Of a stretch of DNA of 64,000 nucleotides, positions 36,873 through 49,962 are shown one piece after another (within the stretch, counting starts at the first letter, position 1; each line of letters opens with the position of its first letter). Origin of the DNA: Sphyrna mokarran. Its lineage: Eukaryota. The notes under the pieces were generated by a model. The model had not been told where the DNA came from. It saw nothing but the letters and a program-made list of their open reading frames with translations, and did not search any database. A program made the position numbers and the translations under genes. Where the stretch lies: contig JAGIQG010000006.1 in NCBI GenBank assembly GCA_024679065.1, positions 124,124,001 to 124,188,000 on the forward strand, written 5' to 3'.

Positions 36873-37545
36873 CTAACATTTCCAAAGAGGACAGAAAGGG
36901 AGAGGAACAGAATTAAAGCAGAAGAATTAATTGGAATATCTGGTCTCACAAGGCATGATAGTTTTTCCAGCAGTTAGCAAATTCAATCCCAAATCAAAGT
37001 TGTTACTTCTCAGCCCGTTGCAGTTGGACTGGTTCTGCTATTTGTAACACAGAAACATTATTGTGCTGTCACCCAGTTAGCACCTTTTGTCTTAATTACA
37101 ATCGTATTCAGGGCTTCCATGGATCCTCCAGTTCACAAATTCAGGGCAAGCTTTGAACACAAAAAAGGCACAATCATGTACCGATTTTGTATATGCTTCA
37201 ACTCAAGGGTCAAGATCAAAAATAACTGCAGACGCATTTCTGTGTCAGGAATTTCACGGTTAACCTCACTGCCTCATTCAAAAAATGAATTCCAAAATTA
37301 AACTCTAAAATCCAGAATTATGTTGACAAACTACAGGTGTGGTGAAACATGCAAGTTACATCCTTTAGGCTTTATATTTTATGAAGTAAGTTTTAAGTGT
37401 TTACTTCAAATAGATTTGTTATTTTGAATAAATCCCAAACTTCTTAATTCTGAGCATTTTATTTATAACCCAAGAACACATTTAGCCCAAACTGTGAATG
37501 AGAAAAACAGACAGTTCATCTGTGAGGCAGATGCATTTTCCAAAT

Positions 37546-37650
37546 GGGACAGCACGGTGGCACAGTGGTTAGCACTGCTGCCTCGTAGTGCCAGGGACTC
37601 CGGTTTGATTCTGGCCTTGGGTGACCATGCGGAGTTTGTACGTCTGCATG
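37546..37650 (+). mobile_element. HE1-like SINE head
   Basis: CAGCACGGTGGCACAGTGGTTAGCACTGCTGCCTC. Confidence 0.75.
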
Positions 37651-37806
37651 AGTTTCCAGGAAAACTGAACACGGTCATGAAACTGTTATGTACTGGTATG
37701 TAAACTGGCCCCCCCATATACGCTGGTTCATGTTTGAAAGGCCAGCATTGCATTAAATTAACAATCTGATAGTCATGTTCCATTTATATTGTTGAAATGG
37801 TTTTAC

Positions 37807-38026
37807 CTCCTATGGCTGAGAGTAGCCGCTCGAGAAGATCAATGTACACTTGCACTGGATTCATTTCTCCATTCTTTGAAGATGACTGTGAAATGAAAGT
37901 GTCAGAAGCCAGACTTCTGACGTAACGACCGATGGCTGGAGCTTGGTCCTGCATGTCAACGAAACTGTGCGAGATGGGGACCACACCTGCGCTGTGCGCT
38001 AGACACATTCTCAGATACAGAACGAT
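37807..38026 (-). CDS. ECPAS: ECPAS exon 14 of window
   Basis: gcag|ATC..G|gtaaaa; [17 protein letters not shown]...[18 protein letters not shown]. Confidence 0.95.
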
Positions 38027-39034
38027 CTGCGGATACAACCAAATTACTGATTTATTATTTTTTCAACCAAAAGAATGATTTGCCTTTTTAAAGTTTGAAG
38101 TGAGGGGAGATGGGTGGACTGCCTGAGATGCCATCAAATCCCCAGCTCTGGGATTCAACTCACTGTTGCAGGTAACACCTTTCTCACTGTTCTAATTTCT
38201 CTCTTTACGTATGGTCTCTCAAAGATGACAAATCAAGCTGAAATATAGCTTTGAGTTATACCATTTAGTTTGGCATTTGCTGTATTCTTGTGTTGGCAAA
38301 TATTTCAAAGTTCTGTTCTATTCTGCAGGAAATGGATTCAGAGGCAAAGTATAGTGTTAGATAGTAACTGTAAAATACTGCATTTAAACAATGTCACAGT
38401 ATTAACTATCAAATACATTGCTCCATTTAAAGCACCTAACTCAATTTAGTTTCCTCTATGTTAATTAAATGCCAACTTTTATCTTCGGTAATACATATTC
38501 AATAATTATAAATATGATTTAAACACATTAATAGGAGTTGTGTAATTGTGTAAAATTATAAAACACACCTATGTCACATAAAGGACAAAGAATGTTTCAT
38601 TACTGTGGCAGTCTAATTGAATGCAGTTACCAAGTAGTCTTACAGACAGATTTAAGAATTAATGCTCTACACTCCATTGTGTTAAGAAGTTCCATTTCCT
38701 TGCCTTCTATTCCCAAATTCCAAAGAGACATTACAGAATAACCTAAGGACTCCCCCTTAAAGGATTCAGTGGGAAAACATCCTGCATGATATGATCTAGT
38801 TTGGATCCTGTCAGTGGTGAATAATCTGATCATCATTTGCAAAGGTCAAAGCATGGGCAAGTGCTCAGTGTACCTTGCCTGGAGGAGAGAAGGTAAAATG
38901 AGCTAACACCCCCATTAACAATCTCTATTTAGCAACCATCGTATGAGGAAGTATTGTCAGTTGAGATAAGAATAAGATTGATAGCAGCTAACTCGATCTT
39001 CAGTCAAACAAAATACAGAAAATCTGAAACCTGC

Positions 39035-39125
39035 CCCCCAGAAAATGTTGGAAATACTCAGCAGGTCAGACTGGAAGAGGAACAGAGTTAATGTTTCAGG
39101 TTGATGACCTTCTGTCAGAACAAGA
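39035..39125 (-). mobile_element. PLE-type terminal fragment with degenerate hammerhead motif
   Basis: Reverse complement GTT-CTGACAGA-AGGT-CATCA-ACCT-GAAACAT-T-AAC, then GACCTGCTGAGTATTTCCA. Confidence 0.55.
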
Positions 39126-39309
39126 TCTGGGAAAAATAAACCATGTCCCACTTGAACAGAATCCATTGCCTACGCATTTGTATTTCAGCTTGATTTGACA
39201 CATTTAGGAGATGATGCGTAAAGAGAGAAGTTAAAAAAGTTGCACCTTCTACCTCAATGACAAGCATGCTTCTGAGTAATTACTGCAAACTCAAATTTAA
39301 TTTGAAAAA

Positions 39310-39690
39310 ACTTGCTTCAATATAGCACCTTTCATGACCTTGCAGTACTTTTAAAGTTTAGACCTTGATGTAAAATAGAACATGCCACTGCAATATTGCA
39401 CACAGCATGCCCCTATCAAATATAGATGAAAGGATGACCAGATAGTATGTTCAGGGACATTCATTTCAAGGACAAATATTAACCAGGAACAAAATACAAC
39501 TTCTCTGCTTGTCTTTGAAGTGAGATCTCATATATCCAACTTGAGAGCAGAAAGGCCTCGATTTAAAGTCTCATCTGAAAGATAGTACCCCCTCTGTACT
39601 GTACTGGAACATTGGCTCAGGGTTGTTATACACAAGTCCCTGGAATATACCCAAAACCAGTGACTCAGACACAAGGGTGCTTGGTTTAAG
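39310..39690 (-). mobile_element. Degraded Deu-SINE
   Basis: Reverse complement of tail and core (TGACCAGATA..AAATATTAACCAGGA..TTTAAAGTCTCATCTGAAAG). Confidence 0.5.
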
Positions 39691-39844
39691 TGCACCTAAT
39701 TTTGAAGTAGTCTTGATAAATTAGAGGAGTGTTAAATACCAGTATAGTGGGAGTCTGTGTTTCAGCCAAGCAGAATCCTACTTGGAAACTGTAGGACTTG
39801 GCGTGCCATTTTGTTCTCAAGTGTTCTACATGCAGGTAAAATAA

Positions 39845-40110
39845 ACATTTATTTATTAGTCACAAGTAAGGCTTACTGCAATGGAAGTTGAAATTCCCCA
39901 AATCGCCACACTCCAGCACCTGTTTGGGTCAATGCATCTAACCAGCACGTCTTTCAGATTAAGAGGGGAAACTGAAGCATCAGAGGAAACCCAAACAGAC
40001 AATGGGAGAATGCACAAACACCACACAGACAGTAACCCAAACTGGGAATCAAACCCAGGTCCCTGGTGCTCTGAGACAGCATGGCTAACCACGATGCCAC
40101 CTTGCTACCC
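39845..40110 (-). mobile_element. HE1-like SINE, tail B
   Basis: Consensus match. Confidence 0.85.
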
Positions 40111-41592
40111 ATTTGAATATTTGAAAAGGTGCATGGACAAACTGTTTCTTACAGCTGGTAATGGGAGGAGGAGAACCTCTGCTCTTTTAGCATTTAAATT
40201 AGAGATTATGATCTCTGTGCAGGCCAGTAACTTTTCAGAAGGTATTCAAACTGCTAGTGGTTAACTGAAAGAATTACACCTCAAGATTTCACAAAAATAA
40301 ACAAAAAAATCTTTACTGTGCACAAGGCAAATACTACTAACTTACTACTACATTTTGGACACTCGTGCTTTAAACATAAAAATCTCAACAGAACACTTCT
40401 GCTCTGATTTTACTTCCATCCAGGATTCCCCTAACTTTACAGGATGGTAAGGGTTGTTCTGTTCCCATGGAACCAAACCAAGGGATGTCACAGCTCTCAG
40501 GAAGTCACTGATTCTATTCTATTCCTGCTATTTGTTGAGATATGAGATTTCTCAGGATCCCAGCATCTGGCTAGGCGACTCTTCAGATCTGACATCACAC
40601 TATCAATCCAATGTAAAATGAGATTAACCCCTTGCAAGACATCTCAGTCTGGTACACCTGGGAGGCAGGCCAGGCCAGGCCAGGCTCCACATTTGCACTA
40701 CAACTTTACATTGGTGTGGCACAGAAAGCTGCACTCTAGTCTGCTAGAATGATGTAATCTCAGAGAAGGTATTCACCATACGTTTTGCAAACCATTACCT
40801 TAAGAACTTATTGAACAAAGCTGGCTGAAATAAAAAACAAACGCTGGCTAGAATTTTTGATTATCTAAAGGAGAATTTTGCATGAACTTGATATGGACAG
40901 AAGAGTTATGGTTTAATTTAGAAAGAAATTAAAATCATCTTTCAACCTGAAGATTAATATGATCAAACATTCTCTAAGAAATCAATGGGTTTCAAATAAA
41001 GCCAACACAACAAATTGAAGCACTCTCCTGAAAGTTTTCCAAATTGTGGAAATCACTGTGACATTGGGTACACTTACTCTTGCAATAAATAATTACATCA
41101 ACTTTCAGCTTAATGGTACAATTGCTATTCCTCTCTAGATCATGAAAATAATTCTCACGTGAGATCCCATCATAAATGATAAAAGCCTCAGTTTAAACTC
41201 TATGGCATTCGCAGCAACACAATCCCCAATGCACAAGATCAATTAATCTTGCATTACACATACGTGTGATGTGAATTAAATTAGATAAATCAGCTAATGA
41301 GTAGATAATGCTTCAATTCCATGTTACATGTATTGTCAAAACCTCTGTCGGCAACTGAATTTTCATTTGGAAATTCTGAACGGTCATTCAGGTTCGTGTA
41401 TTCTTCTTATATCAGTTATTACACCAACTAAACCTTTCTGCTTTCACTAATCAATTTGAATCACCCTTGAATTTATTATTTTCATTTTACATGCCTAAAT
41501 TAGGGGACAATATTGCAAGTAATCTGAATGTCCCAGCAATCTATTTTGGGTATCAAATAAATTTCTACACCATCTGATCTCTCTCATCTTAC

Positions 41593-41673
41593 CTCGTTGT
41601 ATGTAGCAGGATTAAATGGCAGAATGTATGTTCCAACAGTGTATTTTGCTGATGTTTTTATCCTCTGAGATGC
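41593..41673 (-). CDS. ECPAS: ECPAS exon 13 of window
   Basis: acag|GCA..GAG|gtaaga; ASQRIKTSAKYTVGTYILPFNPATYNE. Confidence 0.94.
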
Positions 41674-41984
41674 CTGTTGAGAAGGAAAATAAAAATAAGG
41701 ATACCCGTTTTCTTGTTAACTAAAGGATGGAATGGGATAGTTGAATTTTTTTTTAGGGGTTGGTGAACGAAACCACTATGCTAATATTTTACGTTCTCAT
41801 TTTGGGTACGAAATTAAGCGGGTTAGTCATGATCTTAGTGAATGGCAAAGTAGGTTCAAGGGACCAAAGACCTAATCCAGATCGTATTTCATGTTGTCAA
41901 GCCTTGACTGTAACAATGAAAATGTAAAGACCAATCCTATTATGCAGGTTAACCTCATTAAAGACATCTTTAAGCAGAGTATGG

Positions 41985-42292
41985 TTTAAGTTTACTTATT
42001 ATTGACATAAGTAGGCTTACATTCACACTGCAATGAAGTTACGGTAAAAATCACCTAGTTGCCACATTTCGCTGCCTGTTCAGGTACATTGAGGGAGAAT
42101 TTAGCATGGCCAATGCACCTAACCAGCACGTCTTTTGGACTGTGGGAGGAAATCAGAGCATGTTCCCAGAGGAAACATACGCAGAGGAAACAAGGAGAAC
42201 GTGCAGATTCTATGCAGACAGTGACTCAAGCTAGGAATTGAATCTGATCTCTGGCTCTCTGATGCAGCAGTGCTCACTACTGTGCCATTGTG
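41985..42292 (-). mobile_element. HE1-like SINE, tail B
   Basis: Consensus match. Confidence 0.85.
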
Positions 42293-42660
42293 TATGGATT
42301 ATTGTGGATTAGTTTTCTAGTCACTTTTTAACATGTTTTGCCCCAACAATTAATTGAATGATTTTCATAAAACATTTGTGTTTGTAACAAAGGATGAGAC
42401 TTGTATAAAAAGCCACGTGTAAAAAATAAACTTTTTCAGAATCAAAATGAACCAACATTGGTGTAAACTGTAAGCTGATTCAACTTTTATAATTAATTTC
42501 AATTGAGCAACTTTGCACCACGGAGTGGAGTTATTGGAATGGTAGCATATCATACATTCTTAACTCCTTAACATTCTTAACTTGTTTTCTTTGGCAAAAG
42601 TGGCAAGCTGGAATCATAGTGGAGCCTCATAGCAAAACTATTGAGAAGAAAAAATATTAC

Positions 42661-42787
42661 CTTATCCTGAATGTAATGGACCATTTCAGGAAAGGATGGC
42701 ATGACCTTAGGAGTGCTTTCCTTCTCTGTCGTTTGATTGGGTAGAGCCCTCAGAACATGTCGTGCTTCGCCGTATACTTCCTCTCTC
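42661..42787 (-). CDS. ECPAS: ECPAS exon 12 of window
   Basis: ttag|G..AAG|gtaata; [16 protein letters not shown]...[14 protein letters not shown]. Confidence 0.95.
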
Positions 42788-43125
42788 CTAATAGGAAACA
42801 GAGAGCTTGATAGCCAAACTTAGCGTTCTTTGCTGTTTGTTTCATAATGTTTAGATTTAGTGCCAATTTAACAAACGTGCAAGTTGACTATGACTGCTTC
42901 TTTTGCTCTTACTCAATTAAATAGTCCCCGTTATACAATGGGAACAAATGGTGAATAGAAGTAAATGTTTAAAATTAAACTGTTCTGACAAGAGGTTAAG
43001 CAGTATACTTATTTCCTCAATGTATTTAATCTCCCCATATCCGAAACTAATGTCTGGATCCTAACTGCACCAATCTCCCCTCGCATTTGCTGACCTAATT
43101 GTTCCTCTTGGTTATGTGATATATT

Positions 43126-43889
43126 GGTATTCTCCCAAAGAAGTGTCGCACTCGCGTGAAAATTCACGCTATTCACACTATTTCACACTATTTTCCTCAG
43201 TGGGAGGTCAGAGAAAAATCTCTCAAACTCTGTGCACTACAGGGTGCATTAGCGTGAATATTAAATATGGGTGTGTGGGGCCCTATTCCCACTGGAAAGG
43301 CTGGCAGCATAGCCAGCCCAGTGATCCCTGCATTACCGGCTCTCAGAACCACCCCCCGCCATGGTCTGATTGCTGGACCCCAGATCATTTCCAGGCCAAC
43401 CCTGAAACCACCTATTCCTTGCCTGGCCCGATCTCCAGCCACCCCCCCCCCCCCCCCCCCGCCCCTGTGACCTCCCTCCTTCCTCCACCAATCCTGTCTG
43501 CAGAGTGGCAGCGGAACCGCTCACCACTACTGACTGACCTACCAGGCACTGCCCCCTTGACACTGCCCAAGGAGCACCTTTCCTCCCGACCCTCTGAGGG
43601 GTTCTGTTTGCCGCCCTCTTCACTCCAGTGAGGGGATTGTGCTGCTAGCTTCCCACAGACTTCAGTCCTAGCCCCGCTAATTATATTTAAAGTATATTAA
43701 AATGACCATTTAAAGGGTCTTGGCACCTCCTGTTGATTTTCAGCATGGAGCTGACAATGCCAGAAATCTGGCGCTAGGAGATACTAAAGGGGCAGGAACG
43801 CCAGCGCGAATCCCGTGAATGGGCCACGCGAGAATCTCCCAGCCTGCTGCACTACAAAATTAGCTCAGTGGGATGGGAGAATTTCCCCC
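43126..43889. mobile_element. Non-autonomous TIR DNA element (Harbinger-like), copy 2
   Basis: Termini GGTATTCTCCC / GGGAGAATTTCCCCC, ATT on both flanks, internal C19 run. Confidence 0.6.
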
Positions 43890-44435
43890 ATTGATTTTAA
43901 AATTTGCACTCTTGTTTTCACATTCCTCCACTCTTACAACTCCACAATTCCCAAGCTCTCGAGAGAAGGAATTGGCCCAGCAATTGGTGCAATCTGAACT
44001 TTTAAAAAAAATACCCGAATTTAAGAATTTACTGATAATCACGAATCTACTGTCGATTGTCGGAAAAACCCATCTGGTTCATTAATGTCCTTTAGGGGAG
44101 GAAATCTGCTGTCCTTACCTGGTCTGGCCCATGTCACCCCAGAGCTACAGAAATGAGGTTGATTCTCAACTGCCCTCCAAGGGGGATTAAGGAGGGTAAT
44201 AAATGTTGGCCAACTAGCGGTGCCCATATACAATAAGTGAGCAAAAAAAAATTCAACGTTCCTCCAATTCTGCTCTCTTGGCAATTCTCATTGCTCCACC
44301 ATTGGATACTATGGCTTCAGCTGTCTGGGCCCTAAGCTTTGAAACAAACCTCTCCACCCCTCTCCTCCTAAAGTGTATCTCTTTGACCTACAATATAAGG
44401 ATGTCGTACTCTACTGTTTTTATGAGAAAACTTAC

Positions 44436-44539
44436 GGGTCTCCCGCAGCAAGTAACAGCATGTATCTGGATGGAATATGGTCTGAGGCAAACACTTTGCT
44501 GGCAAACTTCACGGCAACTTGCCGCACTTGCACTTCAGG
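44436..44539 (-). CDS. ECPAS: ECPAS exon 11 of window
   Basis: acag|CCT..CC|gtaag; [34 protein letters not shown]. Confidence 0.95.
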
Positions 44540-45235
44540 CTGTAAAAAGAACAAGAAAATACAATTCAGATATTCTATATATATACACAGTAAAAATAAA
44601 TTTGTGTTGCTCTTCCTCTCTGCTTTTACATCTCATTTTAGAGCAGTGATTTGACTTTGGGAATTTCCAAACCCAAACTGGAAAGTCAATGTACTACCTT
44701 CAGTGTAGTTGTTAGTACTCAGTTTTCTACAACACTACGTTGTATTTGCAGAAAAACTTAACTGCAAATAGTAAAACAACAAAACTTGAGGTTTGCTCCT
44801 ACACTATAAACCATTGCTACAGGCATTAATTGTAGATGTAATGCTTCTTTTTTTTGAGTCAGAAGAGAGGAGCCATAAATGCCAATCCTTTCATAACTTA
44901 ACATTTCAAATTATATCCTGAATTGTCTGCACTTGTTATCATAGAATGCCATAATGCATTAAGTTAGTGCAACAGACACCGCAATGAACATTGAAAATTC
45001 TTTAATTCTCGCCACATATCCCTCAATGAAAAATATAACCATTTTTACAGTGAAGCATTCTGTTCTATCAAATCTTCTTCCATGTTTTGTTGTTAAACAT
45101 GGTTTGATGACACTTGCAAAATGCTTGTATTATTACATTAAAGATGCTACATAGAGGCTGTTGTTTAAAATGGTCATGCATGAAAGATATTCTTTGTATC
45201 AGTCTAATAGCATTCAGTTATAAATTTGGACATAC

Positions 45236-45358
45236 CTTCTCCAGATATGCAGAAACCAGAGCTTCCATGAGTGTAAGAGAAGCTCCTTGCAAGGAACAAT
45301 AGGCGCCTACCATCATAGCCAAAGCTTCCTGAATGGAAAGCCTGATGTCAGGGCCTTC
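45236..45358 (-). CDS. ECPAS: ECPAS exon 10 of window
   Basis: atag|GAA..AAG|gtatgt; [41 protein letters not shown]. Confidence 0.95.
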
Positions 45359-45451
45359 CTATTAACAAAACAGATTTTAAAAATCCATTGTTAGAAACAC
45401 AATCAGACATTATAACATAAAAGGAAAATTTGTGAGAGATATTTCACATAC

Positions 45452-45518
45452 CTTGCACATGGCTTCAAAAAACTGTTGCACAAGTGCTAAATCTTTCGTG
45501 AAAAGTTGTGGTAAACGG
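45452..45518 (-). CDS. ECPAS: ECPAS exon 9 of window
   Basis: ttag|C..AAG|gtatgt; RLPQLFTKDLALVQQFFEAMCK. Confidence 0.95.
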
Positions 45519-46724
45519 CTAAATGTGAGGGTAGAAAAACATATTTCATTGATAACATAATAGTTACACAATATGTACAGATATCTAAGTCTTTCATGTT
45601 TATGGTATTGGAAGGCTTGCATGGTTAATAAATTAAGGTTTTATTATTAATTCTGAACGTGGACAATCTTTCACTTGGTGAGAGAGACATCCACAATGTT
45701 TTTGTTTGTTTAAACTGTTTGTACTAATTCTTTCCCCACTTAAGCCTCCCTTGTACACATAGTTCCCCATCTTTGGTATGGTGCAGATAAGAACATAACA
45801 GGAGTACAGCCACATGGCTCCTCTAGACTGCTCTGCCTTCAATAAGATCTTGAGCAGATACAGCCAGTTAAATAGGTAAGCGTTTGGAATTTGACCACGA
45901 TGGCTGCCAAGTTAGAGAAATGGTTCTGTGCCAGCACCAAGCATGTCATATTTCCAACAGCCTAGTCTCTACTTTAGAAAATCTAGTTCAGCAAGTGATG
46001 GCAAACTATGCATGTTGATTTCTGCATACAAAACAACGAAGGAGCTCAAAATTTGCTCGTAAAATACTTCATATGTTGGAAATGCAAAGTATCCCTGCTA
46101 CAGATTAGAAAATATATTCTCCAATGACTCAGGAAGATAAGTGCAAGATAACTTTTTTCTTAAGCAGTTAAGATTTCTAATTCCAATTTACTTTCTTATT
46201 ACTCAATTAATTTTCAATTTTCTTCAACTGTGCATGTTTAATTGTTAAATGTATTATGAACATATATGGTTGTACTTATCATAAAGTCATAACACCCTGG
46301 GAGGAAACCGTTCAGCCCGCTGTGCCTCTTTTGAAGAATTATTCAATTAGTGTCACTCCCACTGTATATTCCCTGCAAATGTTTTCCCTCCCAGTATTTG
46401 TCCAATTCTCTTCTGAGAGGGCTCTGCGAGATCTGCTTCCATCAGGCAATGCAGTCCAGATTATTAAGCACTGCCCATAATTAAAAGCCCACTACCCCAC
46501 CTCTGGCTCTTTTGCCAATTACCTTGAACTCTTGTCCTCTGGTTACCAACTTTCCTGCCAACGGAAACAATTTCTATCAAAACCCTTTGTCAATTTTGCC
46601 TTAAGAGATGTTGGTTGAACAATGTTAAGCATGATATTTTGCAATTGGAGATAGCATACGTTGCTGCAAACAAGCATTTTCCCAGATTCAGAAGACCCAT
46701 TTTGGAAAAAAAAAGCCCAAAATG

Positions 46725-47085
46725 TAGAAACCATACAGTGCAGAAGGAGCCTATTTGAATCTTAACTGACTCTCTGCCAGAGAATCGTACCCAGATTCTG
46801 TCATCGTAGTCACACATATTTATCCCACTAATCACCCTAATCTATCTATCTTGGGACACTATAGGTTAATTCAGCATGGTCAATCAATCTAATTTGCACA
46901 TCTTTGGACTGTTGGAGGAAACTGGAACACCTGGAGGAAACCCATGTAGACACAGGGAGAACATGCAAACTTCACAAAGACTCCACGGGAAAAATGTGCA
47001 AACTCCAGTGGGAGGCTGGAATTGAACCCAACTCCCTGGAGCTGTGAAGCAGCAGGGCTAACCACTGTGCCATCATGCTACCCTA
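46725..47085 (-). mobile_element. HE1-like SINE, tail A
   Basis: Consensus match with a short internal duplication. Confidence 0.8.
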
Positions 47086-47243
47086 TAAGATAATCATCGA
47101 GCTATTTGTTAAAAAAAAACACACCATATGATGCACCAACCATCATTCAAAAAAGATGCACATCATCACAATTGTATGCAATTAGAATTAAAATTAGAAT
47201 TCACAGAATTAGAAAAAAAACAAATAAAATAAGAAATATTCAC

Positions 47244-47293
47244 CTGGATAATTTCCCAACTGCTGAATATGCCATGGAAAGGGCTTTTGGATC
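47244..47293 (-). CDS. ECPAS: ECPAS exon 8 of window
   Basis: caag|GAT..AG|gtgaat; DPKALSMAYSAVGKLS. Confidence 0.93.
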
Positions 47294-47804
47294 CTTGGAT
47301 AAGATAAAACAAGAACAATTAACGTAAGATGCAATATCTTACAGATTCTGGAGGCAGGAAACTGTGACTAAGATGTTGAATAGTTTTGCAGATCCAATAT
47401 CAGAAAAATGCGAGTAGGATGAAAGAAAAAACAAAATCAACTCGCTCACAATGCACTAAAGGTAATTCCATCTTCTTGAGTACATCTGTATATGCCTACA
47501 AACGCCAGGTACTGAGTACTTCAGCCATACAGAGGAGGAAGGCTCCACATGCAATCTCAGTTCTGTGCTCAGTTAGTGGTACATGTGCTACGACTAGGTT
47601 CAATTGTCCTTAGGGAGTCAAAATTAGCTGCATTAGCAGACAGCCAGTTAGCATTTCCTAATGGAACTGCATTTGCACAATCTGGGTAGGGATAGAATTA
47701 GCTATGATAGCAGTGCATAGAGGTGATTGGTGACTGACTTGACACTAAGACTGATGAGAAAGATTACAGGAACGAGAGAGCCCACTTGGTGAACTTGTGC
47801 GGCA

Positions 47805-48488
47805 GCAATAACAAATGAAATTGTCATCGACTTCAGAAAGCATAAAGAGAATATGCTTCTATCTACATCAATGGGAATGAAGTAGAAAGGGTTGAGAGCT
47901 TCAAGTTTTTAGGTGTCCAGGTTATCAACATCCGCCATGCTGGCACTATATTTAAGAAACACCATCACTTTCTCAGAAGACTGAAGAAATTTGACATGTC
48001 AGCGACAACTTTCACAGATGCATCATAGAAAGCATTCTGTTTCTATTACAGCGTGGTATGGCTCCTACTCTGCCCAAGGAACTACATAAGATTGTGATGT
48101 AGCCCAATCCATCACGCAAACAGCCTCCCATCCATTGACTCTGTCTACACTTCCCGCTGCCTTGGCAAAGCAGCCAGCATAATTAAGGACCCCACGCACC
48201 CCGAACATTCTCTCTTCCACCTTCTTCCATCAGGAAAGATACAAAAGTCTGAGGTCATGTACCAACTGACTCGAGAACAGCTTCTTCCTTGCTGCTATCA
48301 GACTTTTGAATGGACTTATCCTGCAATAAGTTGATCTTTCTGTACACCCTAGGTATGACTGTAACACTACATTATGCGCTCTATCTTTTCCCTTTCTATG
48401 AGCGGTATGCTTTGTCTGCAAAGCACGCAAAAAATCAATACTTTTCACTGTATGTTAATACATATGACAATAATAAATCAAATCAAAT
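47805..48488 (+). mobile_element. Rex1/Babar-like LINE 3' fragment
   Basis: IVIDFRK..YINGNEVERVESFKFLGV, SIIKDPTHPEHSLFHLLPSG..LENSFF motifs; tail TGACAATAATAAATCAAATCAAAT. Confidence 0.8.
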
Positions 48489-48962
48489 ATTTACATTACA
48501 GAAGAGTAATAATTTGACTGAGGTGGCAGAGGACACTCCTCTGGTATGGAATGAGTCTGAGATTGTGGAGAAAATAGAAAGCTCAAAACAAACTCCAAAT
48601 ACCAGATTTGATCCTTGCTCTTAATGGAAAAGGGTTCTTAGTTGTACAAGTGATACAACATGCATCAATGCTCTGGCTGAAGTTTCTACTCCAATTGTTG
48701 CGGTGTTACCTCTAGGTGAAGACAGGAATTGACATTGTTGCAATGATGCCCACAGATTAATAGTTCCTGACAAAGCATCGTCTATCACATTAAAGATGGT
48801 TACTTGGGCAGGTACGAGGGACTGTTGGCAATTGGGGAACCTCAACCCTATTTAAGTTGCAGCATTTTCATAATTGGAAAAGACGAGAGAATAGGAGAGA
48901 GCAAAATACAGGCACCAAAACAGGTACACAGCTGTGCATCAAAAAGATTTCAAAGGTCTTAC

Positions 48963-49041
48963 CTCTTTATATTCGTTGATCAATTTAGTAAGGCCATTTA
49001 GAAGCATTGGCCCCAAAGGTTTAATTTTATTATCAGGGCAA
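48963..49041 (-). CDS. ECPAS: ECPAS exon 7 of window
   Basis: acag|T..GAG|gtaaga; [26 protein letters not shown]. Confidence 0.95.
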
Positions 49042-49179
49042 CTGTAAACAAAAAGGAAGATTACAATTATTAGAGAATGTTTTTGAAATGGTCGACTTAA
49101 CATGCCTCAAAAATTAAATTGACAAGCAAAGCAGTGAATGACTTTTTAAAAACTATCTACATTGAAAATGCTCCACTAC

Positions 49180-49480
49180 AGGGTGACATGATGGCACAGC
49201 AGTTAGCATTGCTGCTTCACAGCGCCAGGGACCAGAGTCAATTACCGGTTGGGTCACTGTCTGCGTGGAGTCTGCACGTTCTCCCTGTGCCTGTGTGGGT
49301 TTCCAAGGGGTGCTGCAGTCTCCTTCCTCACTGTGCAATGACGTATAGCTTAAATAGACTGGCCATGCTAAACTCTTCTTCAGTGTACCCACATATGTGC
49401 CACAGTGTGACAACTAAATTTTCACAGTAACTTCACTGCAGTGTTAATGTAAGCCTATTTGTGACTAATAAATAAACTTT
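49180..49480 (+). mobile_element. HE1-like SINE, tail B
   Basis: Consensus match. Confidence 0.85.
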
Positions 49481-49664
49481 TATTTGTGTTCAATAAATAT
49501 GCACTTAAGAGTTTCTGCCTGCTTTGGTGCAATACTGGTTGAAGTCTTGAATGCTGACTCAAAAAAACTTCCAAAAGTGCTGGTACATATCTGTAAATTC
49601 TGCCAATTGAAGTCCTTGCTTTGATATTTACAGCATTGCTATTTTTTAAATGCAGAAGATAAAT

Positions 49665-49962
49665 TTTATTTATTATTGTCACAAGTAGGCTTACATTAAC
49701 ATCTCGATGAAGTTATTGTGAAAATTCCCTAGTCGTCACACTCTGGCGCCTGTTCAGATACACTGAGGGAGAATTTAGCACGGCCAATGCACCCAACCAG
49801 CACGTCTTTTGAACTGTGAGAAGAAACTGAAGCACAAGGAGAAAACCCACACAGACTCGAGGAGAATATGCCGACTCTGTATAGTGACCCAAGCTGGAAA
49901 TCAAACTCGGATCTCTGGCTCTGTGAGGCAGCAGTGCTAACCACTGTGCCACCATGCTGCCC
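49665..49962 (-). mobile_element. HE1-like SINE, tail B
   Basis: Full-length, close to consensus. Confidence 0.88.

Noticed and set aside
12384-45451. Very short introns (86 bp at 12384-12469, 93 bp at 45359-45451, 154 bp at 20311-20464)
   Set aside because: Within the normal minimal-intron range for vertebrates.
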